From: Sebaldella sp.
GTDB taxonomy: Bacteria > Fusobacteriota > Fusobacteriia > Fusobacteriales > Leptotrichiaceae
Assembly (NCBI GenBank): GCA_018058425.1
Contig: JAGOZX010000003.1
Location: 7,303-71,302, forward strand
Direction: 5' to 3'
Length of the DNA stretch: 64,000 bases
Positions 49,111-59,807 of the stretch are shown piece by piece. How positions within the stretch are numbered: position 1 is the stretch's first letter; every line of letters starts with the position of its first letter. The position numbers and the translations under genes were made by a program. Below the pieces are notes generated by a model. That model had not been told where the DNA came from and made no database searches. It saw only the letters and a program-made list of their open reading frames with translations.

Positions 49111-50562
49111 GTGTCAAAGTATCTTGCTGTGGATATAGGAGCATCCAGCGGAAGAGTATTTGAATCCGAATTAAAAAATGGAAAAATTTATTTAGAAGAA
49201 ATACATAGATTTGATAATTATTTAAAGAATGAAAATGATAATTTTTTTTGGGATATAGAAAAACTCTATAACTCAATTATAAATGGTTTAGAAATATATT
49301 TTAAAAAAAATAAGAAGGCATCAAGTATAGGAATAGACACATGGGGAGTAGATTTTGTTCTACTTGATAAAGATGATGAAGTATTAGGCAGGGCTGTATC
49401 ATATAGAGACCCTAGAACTTTAAATATAATGAAGAAATTTTTTGAGATAATGGATAAAAAAATAGTATATGAAAAAACAGGAATTCAATTTATGGAATTT
49501 AATACTCTTTATCAGTTATATTCAATGAAGTTAGAAAATAATGAAAACTTGGAAAAAGCAAAAAACTTTTTAATGATACCTGATTACTTAAATTTTTTAT
49601 TAACTGGAAAAAAGGTGAATGAAATAACAAATGCATCAACAACTCAAATGTTAAATTATAAAACCATTGACTGGGATAAAGAGATATTAGAAAAATTAGA
49701 TATAAACATTATGAAGGGAGCGAAGTTAAAAAAACCAGGTTATATTTTGGGAAGTATAAAAGAGGAGATAGGAAGGAAACTAAATATAGAAAAATTAGAA
49801 GTAATACTTCCGGGAACACACGATACAGCATCGGCAATAGCAGCAATACCTTGTTCTGGTGAAGATACTGCTGCTTATATAAGCTCTGGAACTTGGTCTT
49901 TAATGGGAGTAGAGTCTGAATATAGCGTTTGTGAAAAGTCTTATGAGTTAAACTTTACAAATGAGGCAAGTGTAGTAGAAGGGAAATCTAGACTTTTAAA
50001 GAATATAATGGGACTTTGGCTAATTCAGAGAGTAAAAAAAGAATTTGATGATAAGTATACATTTTCAGAAATTGTAGAATTAGCAAAAGGAGAAAAAAAC
50101 TTTAATTCATTAATTAATCCAAATTGTGAGGCTTTTTTAAATCCTAAGAGTATGAAAGATGAAATATATAATTATTGTAAAAAAACAAATCAAAAATTAC
50201 CAGAAAATATTGGGCAGTATGGAAAAATTATTTTTTACAGTTTGGCACTTCTTTATAGAAAAACATTAGATGAAATTTTTGAGCTGACAAATTTAAATAT
50301 TGAAGTTATTCATATAATAGGTGGAGGCTCACAAAATGAGTATTTAAATCAATTAACTGCTAATGCTGTGAATAAAAGAGTTGTTTCAGGGCCTGTGGAA
50401 GCTACAGTGTTAGGAAATATAATTGTTCAGGCAATTGCAATGGGGGATGTAAGGGATCTAGAGGAAGGAAGGAAGATAATTAGAGACTCTTCTGAATTAA
50501 AGGAGTATTTTCCAAAGGAGAGTTTAGAAGATTTATATAAGATTTTTTTAGAATTATTATAG
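49111..50562 (+). CDS. rhaB: Rhamnulokinase
   Basis: AVDIGASSGR, GIDTWGVD, HDTASA, SSGTWSL, KNIMGLW. Confidence 0.93.
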   Translation: MSKYLAVDIGASSGRVFESELKNGKIYLEEIHRFDNYLKNENDNFFWDIEKLYNSIINGLEIYFKKNKKASSIGIDTWGVDFVLLDKDDEVLGRAVSYRDPRTLNIMKKFFEIMDKKIVYEKTGIQFMEFNTLYQLYSMKLENNENLEKAKNFLMIPDYLNFLLTGKKVNEITNASTTQMLNYKTIDWDKEILEKLDINIMKGAKLKKPGYILGSIKEEIGRKLNIEKLEVILPGTHDTASAIAAIPCSGEDTAAYISSGTWSLMGVESEYSVCEKSYELNFTNEASVVEGKSRLLKNIMGLWLIQRVKKEFDDKYTFSEIVELAKGEKNFNSLINPNCEAFLNPKSMKDEIYNYCKKTNQKLPENIGQYGKIIFYSLALLYRKTLDEIFELTNLNIEVIHIIGGGSQNEYLNQLTANAVNKRVVSGPVEATVLGNIIVQAIAMGDVRDLEEGRKIIRDSSELKEYFPKESLEDLYKIFLELL

Positions 50563-50632
50563 AAGGTTTTGGCAGAATAAAATTTTATTTCCCTTGATTT
50601 AATAGGGAATTATAAAAAAACAGGAGGTAATA

Positions 50633-51901
50633 ATGCAAAGGGATAAAAATCAGGTAATAAAAAGTTATGAATTGGCTAAGGAACAATATAAGAAAATAGG
50701 AATTGATACTGAAAAAGTCCTAGAAAAGTTAAATGAAATTCCAATTTCTGTTCATTGTTGGCAGGGAGATGATGTACAGGGATTTGAAAATCCAGATGGA
50801 GTTTTAACTGGTGGAATACAAGCTACAGGAAATTATCCCGGAAAATCTAGAAATCCAGAGGAATTAAGAGAAGATTTAGAGATGGTTTTTAAACTTGTTC
50901 CTGGAAAGCATAAGCTAAATTTACATGCAATATATGGAGAGTTTGGAAATGAAAAAGTGGAGAGAGATAAAATAAAACCAGAACATTTTAAAAATTGGGT
51001 AGAGTGGGCAAAAAAAATGGGAATTGGATTAGACTTTAACCCAACATTGTTTTCTCATCCATTAGCTGAGGAAGCTACACTTTCTCATAAAGATGAAAAG
51101 ATAAGAAAGTACTGGATAGAACACTGTAAAGCAGCTAGAAAAATTGGTGAATACTTTGGAAAAGAGTTGGGTGTCCCATGTGTAACTAATATATGGATCC
51201 CCGATGGATATAAGGATATTCCAGTAGATAGACTAATGCCTAGAAAGAGGCTAAAAGATTCACTTGATGAAATTTTAAAAGAAAAAATAGATCCTAAATA
51301 TAATTTAGATGCTGTGGAATCAAAAGTATTTGGATTAGGCTTAGAATCTTACACGGTGGGTTCACATGAATTTTATATGGGTTATGCAATAGAAAATAAA
51401 ACACTGCTTTGTTTAGATGCGGGACACTTTCATCCAACAGAAGTAATTTCAGATAAGATACCATCTGTTTTATTATTTCTAGATCAAATTTTACTGCATG
51501 TAAGCAGACCGGTAAAATGGGACAGTGACCATGTTGTTATTTTAGATGATGAGTTACAAGCTATAGCAAATCAAATTATTAGGTATGGTTTTGAAAAAAG
51601 AGTGCATATAGGAATTGATTTTTTTGATGCAAGTATAAATAGAATAGCTGCATGGGTAATAGGGGTGAGAAATACAAGAAAAGCTCTTATGACAGCACTT
51701 TTAGAACCAACAGAAGAGTTAAAAAAATTAGAATTAAATAGAGATTTTACAAGCAGATTGGCTTTATTAGAAGAGTATAAGACATATCCATCTGGTGCAG
51801 TGTGGGATTATTATTGTATAAAAAATAATATACCAGCTGGAGAAGAGTGGCTTGAAATAGTGAAAGACTATGAAAAAAATGAGTTAATTAAAAGAAAGTA
51901 A
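50633..51901 (+). CDS. rhaA: L-rhamnose isomerase
   Basis: [36 protein letters not shown]. Confidence 0.97.
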   Translation: MQRDKNQVIKSYELAKEQYKKIGIDTEKVLEKLNEIPISVHCWQGDDVQGFENPDGVLTGGIQATGNYPGKSRNPEELREDLEMVFKLVPGKHKLNLHAIYGEFGNEKVERDKIKPEHFKNWVEWAKKMGIGLDFNPTLFSHPLAEEATLSHKDEKIRKYWIEHCKAARKIGEYFGKELGVPCVTNIWIPDGYKDIPVDRLMPRKRLKDSLDEILKEKIDPKYNLDAVESKVFGLGLESYTVGSHEFYMGYAIENKTLLCLDAGHFHPTEVISDKIPSVLLFLDQILLHVSRPVKWDSDHVVILDDELQAIANQIIRYGFEKRVHIGIDFFDASINRIAAWVIGVRNTRKALMTALLEPTEELKKLELNRDFTSRLALLEEYKTYPSGAVWDYYCIKNNIPAGEEWLEIVKDYEKNELIKRK

Positions 51902-51928
51902 AAAATATTTCCTTAAAAGGGAGGAAGA

Positions 51929-53452
51929 ATGTCAGAATATATACTTGAGTTAACAAATATAACGAAAATATTTCCAGGAGTAAAGGCACTAAATGATGTT
52001 AGTTTTCAACTTAGACCAGGAGAAATACATGCTTTAATGGGAGAAAATGGAGCTGGGAAATCCACTTTTATAAAAGTTATAACAGGAGTTAATATTCCTG
52101 AGTATGGAGAAATATTTTTTAATGGTGAAAGGGTTCAGATAAAGGGACCTAAGGATGCTCAGAAATTAGGGATTGCTGCAATTTATCAGCATGGGACATG
52201 TTATCCTGATTTAAGTGTAACAGAAAATATATTTATAGGTCATGAGAAAGTAACTAAAATTACAAAGAAAATATGTTGGAAAGAGATGCATCTAAAAGCT
52301 GATGAGCTTTTGAAAGAACTAAGTGCTGATTTTGATTCTAAAACAAGAATGGGAGCTCTTAGTGTGGCACAGCAACAAATTGTCGAAATAGCCAAGGCCT
52401 TATCCACAGAAGCCAAAATTATAATAATGGATGAGCCTACCGCAGCTTTAACAAAGAGAGAAAGCGAAGAACTTTATAAAATAACTGAAAAATTAAGAGA
52501 TAGTGGTGTTTCTATTATATTTATTTCACATCGTTTTGAAGATATGTACAGGCTCGCAAGCAGGGTAACAGTATTGAGAGATTCTAAGTATATAGGGACA
52601 TGGAATATAGATGAGATATCAAATGAAGACTTAATAGTAGCTATGGTTGGAAGAGAAATAACACAATTATTTCCAGAAAAAAAGGCAAGAATTGGCGAAG
52701 AAGTTCTTTCTGCAAAGGGTTTGAGCAGAATAGGATATTTTGATAATATTGACTTTTATGTAAGGAAAGGAGAAATATTAGGGATTACTGGCTTAGTAGG
52801 AGCTGGCAGAACAGAAGTTTTTCAAGCATTATTTGGTATTACAAAGCTAGATAAAGGAGAAATATTTTTAGATGGTAATAATATTAAGATAAATGACGTC
52901 TTAGATGCTATAAAGCTTGGAATTGGCTATTTGCCAGAAGACAGGCAGAAAGAAGGGTTAGTTTTAGAATGGAGCATTGGAAGAAATATAACTCTAGCAG
53001 CAATAGATAAATTTTCTAAAAATGGGTTTATAGAAAAAGGCGAAGAAGATAAGGTGGCAAATGTTTTATCAAATAAATTAAATATAAAATCTACAAGTAT
53101 AAATGAATTAGTAAGCTCTTTATCGGGAGGTAATCAGCAAAAGGTTGTAGTAGCTAAATTATTGACTATGGATTTAAAAGTAATAATTTTAGATGAACCT
53201 ACAAAGGGCGTAGATGTGGGAGCTAAGTCTGCAATTTATGAAATTATGAATACTTTAGCCGACCAAGGCTATGGAATAATTATGATTTCATCTGAGATGC
53301 CAGAAATTTTAGGAATGAGTGACAGGGTATTGGTCATGAGAGAAGGAAAAGTGACAAAGGTTTTCAATAAATCAGAGGCTACACAGGAAGCAATTTTAGA
53401 AATGGCAATGTCTACAAAAATTGAACCAGTATTAGTTTCAAATGCTAATTAG
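51929..53452 (+). CDS. Sugar (rhamnose) ABC transporter ATPase
   Basis: Two ABC domains; GENGAGKST, DEPT, LSGGNQQK. Confidence 0.92.
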   Translation: MSEYILELTNITKIFPGVKALNDVSFQLRPGEIHALMGENGAGKSTFIKVITGVNIPEYGEIFFNGERVQIKGPKDAQKLGIAAIYQHGTCYPDLSVTENIFIGHEKVTKITKKICWKEMHLKADELLKELSADFDSKTRMGALSVAQQQIVEIAKALSTEAKIIIMDEPTAALTKRESEELYKITEKLRDSGVSIIFISHRFEDMYRLASRVTVLRDSKYIGTWNIDEISNEDLIVAMVGREITQLFPEKKARIGEEVLSAKGLSRIGYFDNIDFYVRKGEILGITGLVGAGRTEVFQALFGITKLDKGEIFLDGNNIKINDVLDAIKLGIGYLPEDRQKEGLVLEWSIGRNITLAAIDKFSKNGFIEKGEEDKVANVLSNKLNIKSTSINELVSSLSGGNQQKVVVAKLLTMDLKVIILDEPTKGVDVGAKSAIYEIMNTLADQGYGIIMISSEMPEILGMSDRVLVMREGKVTKVFNKSEATQEAILEMAMSTKIEPVLVSNAN

Positions 53453-53465
53453 CGGAGGTGAAAAT

Positions 53466-54491
53466 ATGAATGAAGAATCTTTGAGTTTAAATGTAAAAAA
53501 GCAGAGTTTTTTAAATATGAAAGACATAGGTAGGTTTAGGGAACTAGGTTTATTAATCTTTGTAATAGTTATTTCTATCTTGGTTCAGATTCGTAATCCC
53601 AAATTCTTAACATTAGAGAATATAGATGATCTAATAAAAAATACAACTATTTTAAGTATACTAGCAATAGGAATGATGATGGTAATAATAACTAGAGGTA
53701 TAGATTTATCAATAGGTGCAACTATTGCATTATCAGGAATGGTTTCAGCACTAACTGTGGGAGCTAATCCAAACTTAAATCCTGTTTTAGTTATTTTATT
53801 AGGGATGTTTATTGGTGTAATTTGTGGAGGAGTACTTGGAGTTTTGGTTTCTAAAGCTAAAATTCTTCCTATAATTGCATCTCTTGGGATGATGAATGTC
53901 TATAGAGGATTAACTTATATTGTTAGTGATGGGAAATGGGTTAGTGCACATCAGATGCCCAAAAACTTTAAAAGTATAGCAACAAGTTCATTCTTAAATG
54001 TAAATACTTTAATTATAATAGCAATTGTGATTTATATATTTTTTTACTACTTTACAAAATATACGAGGGTAGGAAGGCAGATTTATGCTGTAGGAAGTAA
54101 TCCAGATTCGGCAAAAGTCAGCGGAATAAATAATCAAAAGATTCTTTGGTTGGTTTATACAATAATGGGAGGTTTAGCAGGACTTGCAGGTGTTTTATGG
54201 GTTTCGAAATTTGCATCAGCTCAAGGAGACACTGCATCAGGATACGAGCTTAGTGTTATAGCTGCATGTGTGTTAGGTGGTGTAAGTAGTTCAGGAGGTA
54301 CTGGAAATATTTCTGGGATTTTATTAGGTTCTTTGCTATTAGGTATTTTAAATAATGCGCTGCCTCTTATTAATGTTTCGCCATTCTGGCAACAGGCGAT
54401 ACAAGGTTTAATAATATTAATAGCAGTTCTTACTAATACACTGGTAAAAAGAAGTGTGGATAAAAGTAATCTTATGAGGAGGAAAATATAA
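53466..54491 (+). CDS. Sugar ABC transporter permease 1
   Basis: GIDLSIG, IYAVGSN, YELSVIAACVLGG; GGAGG RBS before ATG 53466. Confidence 0.9.
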   Translation: MNEESLSLNVKKQSFLNMKDIGRFRELGLLIFVIVISILVQIRNPKFLTLENIDDLIKNTTILSILAIGMMMVIITRGIDLSIGATIALSGMVSALTVGANPNLNPVLVILLGMFIGVICGGVLGVLVSKAKILPIIASLGMMNVYRGLTYIVSDGKWVSAHQMPKNFKSIATSSFLNVNTLIIIAIVIYIFFYYFTKYTRVGRQIYAVGSNPDSAKVSGINNQKILWLVYTIMGGLAGLAGVLWVSKFASAQGDTASGYELSVIAACVLGGVSSSGGTGNISGILLGSLLLGILNNALPLINVSPFWQQAIQGLIILIAVLTNTLVKRSVDKSNLMRRKI

Positions 54492-54494
54492 GAT

Positions 54495-55496
54495 ATGGAA
54501 ACTAGAGAAGCCATGGTAATTGGTAATGTTAGAAAAAAATATGATTTTAAAAAGTTTTTTTTCCAATGGGAATGGATGTTAGTATTGATATTTATAATTC
54601 TAAATATTTATAATGCTTCTATAACAGAATATTATTTAGACATGAATAACTTACTTGATGCTACTATGAGTTTCCTGGATAAATCTTTTATGGTACTTCC
54701 TATGGTGTACATAATAGTATTAGGTGAAATAGATATTTCTGTAGGTTCTACTCTAGCTTTATCATCTGTTGTAATGGGAGTATTATTTAGTAAAGGAGTT
54801 CCAATGCCAGCAGCAATTATAGCATGTTTACTTACAGGGACTGCTTGTGGAATGATAAATGGACTTCTAGTAACAAGATTCAAGGAACTGTCTTCAACTA
54901 TATTAACACTCTCTACAATGATTATTTTTAGAGGATTTGCATATACGATTTTACAAGATCAGTCAGTTGGAAATTTTCCAAAGTGGTTTAGTTATTTAGG
55001 ATGGGGAAAAATAGGGGAAATTCCTTTTATACTAATAGTATTTTTAGTATTTGCTCTAATGTTTGGCATAATTTTACATAAAACGGTATTTGGCAGAAGA
55101 GTTTATGCAATGGGAAATAATGTAACAGCAAGTGAGTTTTCAGGAATAAAAGTTAATAAAATAAAAGTTCTTATTTTTGCTTTGGGCGGGCTTATGGCAG
55201 CAGTTTCTGCAATATTTCTTACTTCAAAAATGGGAAGCACAAGACCTAATATAGCAAGTGGGTATGAGCTGGAAGTAATTGCAATGGTAGTATTAGGCGG
55301 TATAAGTACTGCTGGTGGAAAGGGAAGAATGATAGGTGCTGTGATTTCTATATTTATAATTGGCTTTTTACGTTATGGATTAGGACTCGCAAATGTTACA
55401 TCACAGATATTAATAATAATCACAGGTTTATTACTAATATTTGCTGTTATGGTTCCTAATTTAAAACTGAATACATGGAAAAAGAAAAAAACATAG
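54495..55496 (+). CDS. Sugar ABC transporter permease 2
   Basis: EIDISVG, YAMGNN, YELEVIAMVVLGG. Confidence 0.9.
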   Translation: METREAMVIGNVRKKYDFKKFFFQWEWMLVLIFIILNIYNASITEYYLDMNNLLDATMSFLDKSFMVLPMVYIIVLGEIDISVGSTLALSSVVMGVLFSKGVPMPAAIIACLLTGTACGMINGLLVTRFKELSSTILTLSTMIIFRGFAYTILQDQSVGNFPKWFSYLGWGKIGEIPFILIVFLVFALMFGIILHKTVFGRRVYAMGNNVTASEFSGIKVNKIKVLIFALGGLMAAVSAIFLTSKMGSTRPNIASGYELEVIAMVVLGGISTAGGKGRMIGAVISIFIIGFLRYGLGLANVTSQILIIITGLLLIFAVMVPNLKLNTWKKKKT

Positions 55497-55538
55497 AAGT
55501 AATAAAAGAATTATTAAATATATTCTAGGAGGTAAATA

Positions 55539-56567
55539 ATGAAAAAGATAATATTAATAGTGTTAGCCATGATCTTTTTAGTTGGTTGTGGGAAAAAAAG
55601 TGAAAATACAGCTGACGGAGGTAATAAAAAGAGCGGGAAAAAGAAATTTGCAATAGTCGTAAAAAATACTGGGAATCCTTATAATGAAAAAGAGATTGAG
55701 GGATTTAAAAAAGCAATAGAGGAAACAGGTGGGGAAGTAATAGTAAAAGCACCAGACCAACCCACAGCTGAAGCACAGATACAAATGATAGAGGAACTAA
55801 TTTCACAAAAAGTGGATGCTATTGCAATAGCAGGAAATGATCCTGATGCATTACAGCCAGTATTAGAAAAAGCAATGGGCAGAGGAATAAAAGTATTATC
55901 ATTTGACTCAAGCGTAAATTCTAAAAGCCGTATGCTTCATGTAAATCAAGCAGATTCAGAAAGAATTGGACGTGTTTTAATAGAAGGTATATCAGATATG
56001 ATTGATGGAAAAGGAGATATAGCGATATTAAGTGCTACATCACAGGCTGCTAATCAAAATTTATGGATTGAATGGATGAAGAAAGAATTGGAAAATCCAA
56101 AGTATAAAGATATTAAGCTGGTAAAAGTGGCTTATGGTGATGATTTAAGAGATAAGAGTGTTTCTGAAACAGAAGCATTAATAAAGTCTTATCCTAATTT
56201 AAAAGGGATTATAGCACCTACAACAGTTGCAATAGCAGCTGCAGGAAAAGTTATTACTGATAAAGATTTAAAAGATAAAATACAGCTTACAGGTTTAGGG
56301 CTTCCAAGTGAAATGGGAGAGTATATAGAATCAGGTGTTTGTAAGTGGATGTATTTATGGAATCCAGTAGATGTAGGTTATTTAACAGGGTATGCTGCAA
56401 ATGCTTTAGTAACAGGAGAAATAACTGGAAAAGAAGGGGATGTATTTAAAGCTGGAACTTTAGGAGAAAAAACAATAATAAAGTCAGGTGACGGAACAGA
56501 GGCAATGTTAGGAGATCCTTTTAAATTTGACAATAAAAATATTGCAGAATGGAAAAATGTTTATTAA
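55539..56567 (+). CDS. Rhamnose ABC transporter substrate-binding lipoprotein
   Basis: Lipobox LVGC; KNTGNPY, NQNLWI, GLGLPS, LWNP. Confidence 0.88.
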   Translation: MKKIILIVLAMIFLVGCGKKSENTADGGNKKSGKKKFAIVVKNTGNPYNEKEIEGFKKAIEETGGEVIVKAPDQPTAEAQIQMIEELISQKVDAIAIAGNDPDALQPVLEKAMGRGIKVLSFDSSVNSKSRMLHVNQADSERIGRVLIEGISDMIDGKGDIAILSATSQAANQNLWIEWMKKELENPKYKDIKLVKVAYGDDLRDKSVSETEALIKSYPNLKGIIAPTTVAIAAAGKVITDKDLKDKIQLTGLGLPSEMGEYIESGVCKWMYLWNPVDVGYLTGYAANALVTGEITGKEGDVFKAGTLGEKTIIKSGDGTEAMLGDPFKFDNKNIAEWKNVY

Positions 56568-56661
56568 GTTAGTTTGATATTTACTTCCAAAAATATATGT
56601 TTCTCTTTCTTTGAAATGATTGAGGGAAGAGGGACTTAATATAAAATATAAGTGTCGTTCT

Positions 56662-56695
56662 AGATTCTCACGTCGCTTTGCTCCTCAGAATGACA
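56662..56695 (+). repeat. REP-like element, copy 9 (inside rha cluster)
   Basis: AG ATTCT CACGTCGCTTTGCTCCTC AGAAT GACA. Confidence 0.88.
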
Positions 56696-56825
56696 GATTT
56701 GGAGGTATGCTTTACTTTTATAATGGTTCAGGAGTTATTTTTTTAGAGTAGAATAAAGCAAGTTTCTCAAAAGGGTGGATTTTAGGATTTTTATATAGAA
56801 ATAGTGAATTAGAAAGGAAGAAAAA

Positions 56826-57140
56826 ATGATAAGAAAAGCTTTTAAGATGAAAGTCTATGATGAAAGTCATAATGAATATAAGAAAAGGCATGATGAAATT
56901 TGGACTTCTTTAGTAGAAGTTTTAAAAGATCATGGTTCACACAATTATTCAATATTTTTAGATGAGAAATCTAGCGATTTATTTGCATATGTAGAAATAG
57001 AGAATCAAGAATTATGGGATAAAGTTGCTGAAACTGAGGAATGTAAAAAATGGTGGAATTTTATGAAAGATATTATGGAAACAAATCCTGATAACAGTCC
57101 AAGTTCAGTTGAGTTAAAGGAAGTTTTTTATTTGAAATGA
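56826..57140 (+). CDS. rhaM: L-rhamnose mutarotase
   Basis: EYKKRHDEIW, NYSIF, KWWNFM. Confidence 0.95.
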   Translation: MIRKAFKMKVYDESHNEYKKRHDEIWTSLVEVLKDHGSHNYSIFLDEKSSDLFAYVEIENQELWDKVAETEECKKWWNFMKDIMETNPDNSPSSVELKEVFYLK

Positions 57141-57239
57141 AGCAGGATTTTTTTATATAAACTTAGAAAGAGAAATAAAATACTTATAGTTATTATATTA
57201 TAAAAGCACATTAATAAAAGTTTATGAAAGAGAGGAAAT

Positions 57240-58067
57240 ATGAAAAAAAATATATTTGAAGCAAGTTTTATGAAGGATATGATTAAAGTTATAAATGATA
57301 TGTGGCTAAAAGGCTGGGATGAAAGAAATGGTGGCAATGTAAGCTATAGAATTAAAGATGAAGATGTAAAAGAATATGTGGAAGATAAGTATCCAGATGC
57401 TGAATACGTGGAATTAGGCTTTGATATAACTAATCTTGCCAATGAATACTTTCTAGTTACTGGTTCTGGGAAGTTTTTTAGAAATGTAATATTAGACCCA
57501 GAAGATACTTTGGGAATCATAAAAATAGATGAAAGTGGTAGAAAATATAAAAAAGTCTGGGGCTATACTGATGGAGCAAATCCAACAAGTGAGCTTCCTA
57601 CACATTTATCGGCACACTCTATAAAAAAAGAATTAATGGGAGATAAGTGCAGGGTAATTATGCATAATCATGCGACAAATCTAATTGCGTTAACTTTTGT
57701 TTTAGATTTAAATACAGAAACATTTTCAAAAGAGCTTTGGAAAATGAGTACAGAGTGCTTGGTAGTCTTTCCAGAGGGAATAGGGGTAATGCCTTGGATA
57801 GTACCTGGTACATTGGAGATAGGAAGAGAAACAATGAAGCTAATGAAAGATTATAATTTAGTAATATGGCCGTTTCATGGAATATTTGGAACAGGAGCTA
57901 CTTTAGATGAGGCTTTTGGTCTAATAGATACAGCAGAAAAATCAGCTGAAATATTAGTGAAAGTAATTTCAATGGGTGGAAGAAAACAAGAGATTACTGA
58001 TAAGGAATTATTTGATTTAGCTAAAACTTTTGGAGTAACACCTTGTAAAGGAGTTTTGAAAATATAG
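57240..58067 (+). CDS. rhaD: Rhamnulose-1-phosphate aldolase
   Basis: GWDERNGGNVS, PTSELPTH, MHNHAT, WPFHG. Confidence 0.96.
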   Translation: MKKNIFEASFMKDMIKVINDMWLKGWDERNGGNVSYRIKDEDVKEYVEDKYPDAEYVELGFDITNLANEYFLVTGSGKFFRNVILDPEDTLGIIKIDESGRKYKKVWGYTDGANPTSELPTHLSAHSIKKELMGDKCRVIMHNHATNLIALTFVLDLNTETFSKELWKMSTECLVVFPEGIGVMPWIVPGTLEIGRETMKLMKDYNLVIWPFHGIFGTGATLDEAFGLIDTAEKSAEILVKVISMGGRKQEITDKELFDLAKTFGVTPCKGVLKI

Positions 58068-58143
58068 AAGAATTAAGCTAATAGAAGAAGAAATATTTTT
58101 AAATTTGGAAAAAGAATATATAGTAAGTATTAATTTTTAAAAA

Positions 58144-58171
58144 TTGACAATTTTTATTATTGGGCTATAAT
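58144..58171 (+). promoter_or_regulatory. sigma70 promoter of ADH copy 1
   Basis: TTGACA-16-TATAAT. Confidence 0.7.
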
Positions 58172-58209
58172 ACATAATAATAGGTAAAAATTAATTTTTA
58201 AGATTATAC

Positions 58210-58244
58210 TTGAGATATAAATCACATAGATATAGTATTCACAA
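58210..58244. promoter_or_regulatory. Rex/CRP-like boxes in ADH copy 1 leader
   Basis: TTGAGA-TATAAA-TCACAT (58210-58227) and a weaker site ending TTCACAA (58227-58244). Confidence 0.45.
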
Positions 58245-58265
58245 ATTTTGTAGGAGGTATTATGC

Positions 58266-59420
58266 ATGAATGTAAGTAGAAGGATTTATTGGCCTGCAGT
58301 TACGTTAATAGGGCCTGGTTGTGTAAAAGAAATTGGAGGGGATATAAAAGATCTTGGTTTAGAAAAAGCATTGGTAGTAACAGATAAAGTATTAATTGAA
58401 ATTGGTGTGGTGAAAAAAGTAACAGACGTTTTAGATGAAAGTGGAATAAAGTATAAAATAGTAGATGATATAAGACCAAACCCAACAATGAAAAATATGC
58501 ATGATGGTTTAAAAGTATACCAAGAAAATAAATGTGATTTCATAATATCAATAGGGGGAGGTTCACCGCAAGATGCAGGTAAGGCAATAGGAATATTGGC
58601 TACAAATGGCGGTGAAATAAAAGATTATGAGGGAGTAAATGTATCAAAAAAGAAATCTGTACCAATAATTGCTATAAATACAACGGCTGGAACAGCTAGT
58701 GAAGTAACTATAAATTATGTTGTTACAAATGAGGATACACATATAAAAATGGTAATGGTAGATAAAAACTGTTTGGCAACAATAGCAGTAAGTGATCCTG
58801 AATTAATGATAAATAAACCTGCTGCTTTAACTGCTGCAACAGGAATGGATGTATTAACTCACGCAGTGGAAGCATATGTGGCTAAAGGAGCTTATGAGCT
58901 TACAGATGTACTGGCTTTAGAAGCAATAAAATTAGTAGGAGAGTCATTAGAAGATGCAGTAAAAGATGGAAAGAATATAGAAGCAAGATCAAAAATGGCA
59001 TACGCTTCTTATATAGCTGGGATGTCTTTTAATAATGCAGGGCTTGGTTATGTACATTCTATGGCACATCAATTAGGTGGATTTTATGACTTACCACATG
59101 GAGTGTGTAATGCTATTTTACTACCACATGTGGAAAAATTTAATTCGAAAGCGACTGGGGATAAATTAAGAGAAGTAGCAAGAGCTTTAGGAGAAAATGT
59201 AGATGGATTAACAACAGAAGAAGCAAATGAAAAAGCTATATCTGCAATAAAAAGACTTTCAAAAAATGTTGGAATACCAAGTGGATTGGGAGAATTAGGA
59301 GTAAAAGAAGAGGATTTTAGAGTAATGGCAGAAAATGCATTAAAAGATGCATGTGCACCAGGAAATCCTATAGAAGTGACTTTAGAAGAAACAATAGGAA
59401 TATTTAAAGAAGCACTATAA
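58266..59420 (+). CDS. Iron-containing (family III) alcohol dehydrogenase, copy 1
   Basis: GGGSPQDAGK, NTTAGTASE, MDVLTHAVE, HSMAHQLGG, PHG. Confidence 0.93.
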   Translation: MNVSRRIYWPAVTLIGPGCVKEIGGDIKDLGLEKALVVTDKVLIEIGVVKKVTDVLDESGIKYKIVDDIRPNPTMKNMHDGLKVYQENKCDFIISIGGGSPQDAGKAIGILATNGGEIKDYEGVNVSKKKSVPIIAINTTAGTASEVTINYVVTNEDTHIKMVMVDKNCLATIAVSDPELMINKPAALTAATGMDVLTHAVEAYVAKGAYELTDVLALEAIKLVGESLEDAVKDGKNIEARSKMAYASYIAGMSFNNAGLGYVHSMAHQLGGFYDLPHGVCNAILLPHVEKFNSKATGDKLREVARALGENVDGLTTEEANEKAISAIKRLSKNVGIPSGLGELGVKEEDFRVMAENALKDACAPGNPIEVTLEETIGIFKEAL

Positions 59421-59605
59421 ATGGTACTGAAAGGTGGATATCTGTGAAAAGAAATTTTATTTTGGTAACTGTACTTTTATTAATATTATCTTCAATGTCA
59501 TTTTCACATGGAGGAAGAACAGATAAGAATGGTTGTCATGTTGAGAAAAAAACAGGGGAGAGGCATTGTCATTAATTTAAAGGAGCAATATAGCGGATAT
59601 TATGA

Positions 59606-59634
59606 AAAAAGTCAGATTTTAGGTCTGGCTTTTT
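59606..59634 (+). terminator. Intrinsic terminator between the ADH copies
   Basis: AAAAAGTCAGA...TCTGGCTTTTT. Confidence 0.7.
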
Positions 59635-59726
59635 AATGTGTTTAGGTATCTTTATTATTTAATATTAGTATAAAAAATATGTTTAAATTCTAAAAAAGAA
59701 TATATATTTAATATTAAATTTAAAAA

Positions 59727-59754
59727 TTGACAAATTTTATTATCGAGCTATAAT
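59727..59754 (+). promoter_or_regulatory. sigma70 promoter of ADH copy 2
   Basis: TTGACA-16-TATAAT, homologous to the copy 1 promoter. Confidence 0.7.
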
Positions 59755-59807
59755 ACATATTAGTGTAATTAAACAAATAAAGAATTAATTATTAGGAGGT
59801 ATTATGT

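Noticed and set aside
59531..59575. TTGTCATGTTGAG as a further REP copy
   Set aside because: Only the terminal motif matches; it belongs to the duplicated ADH trailer and lacks the core and second arm.
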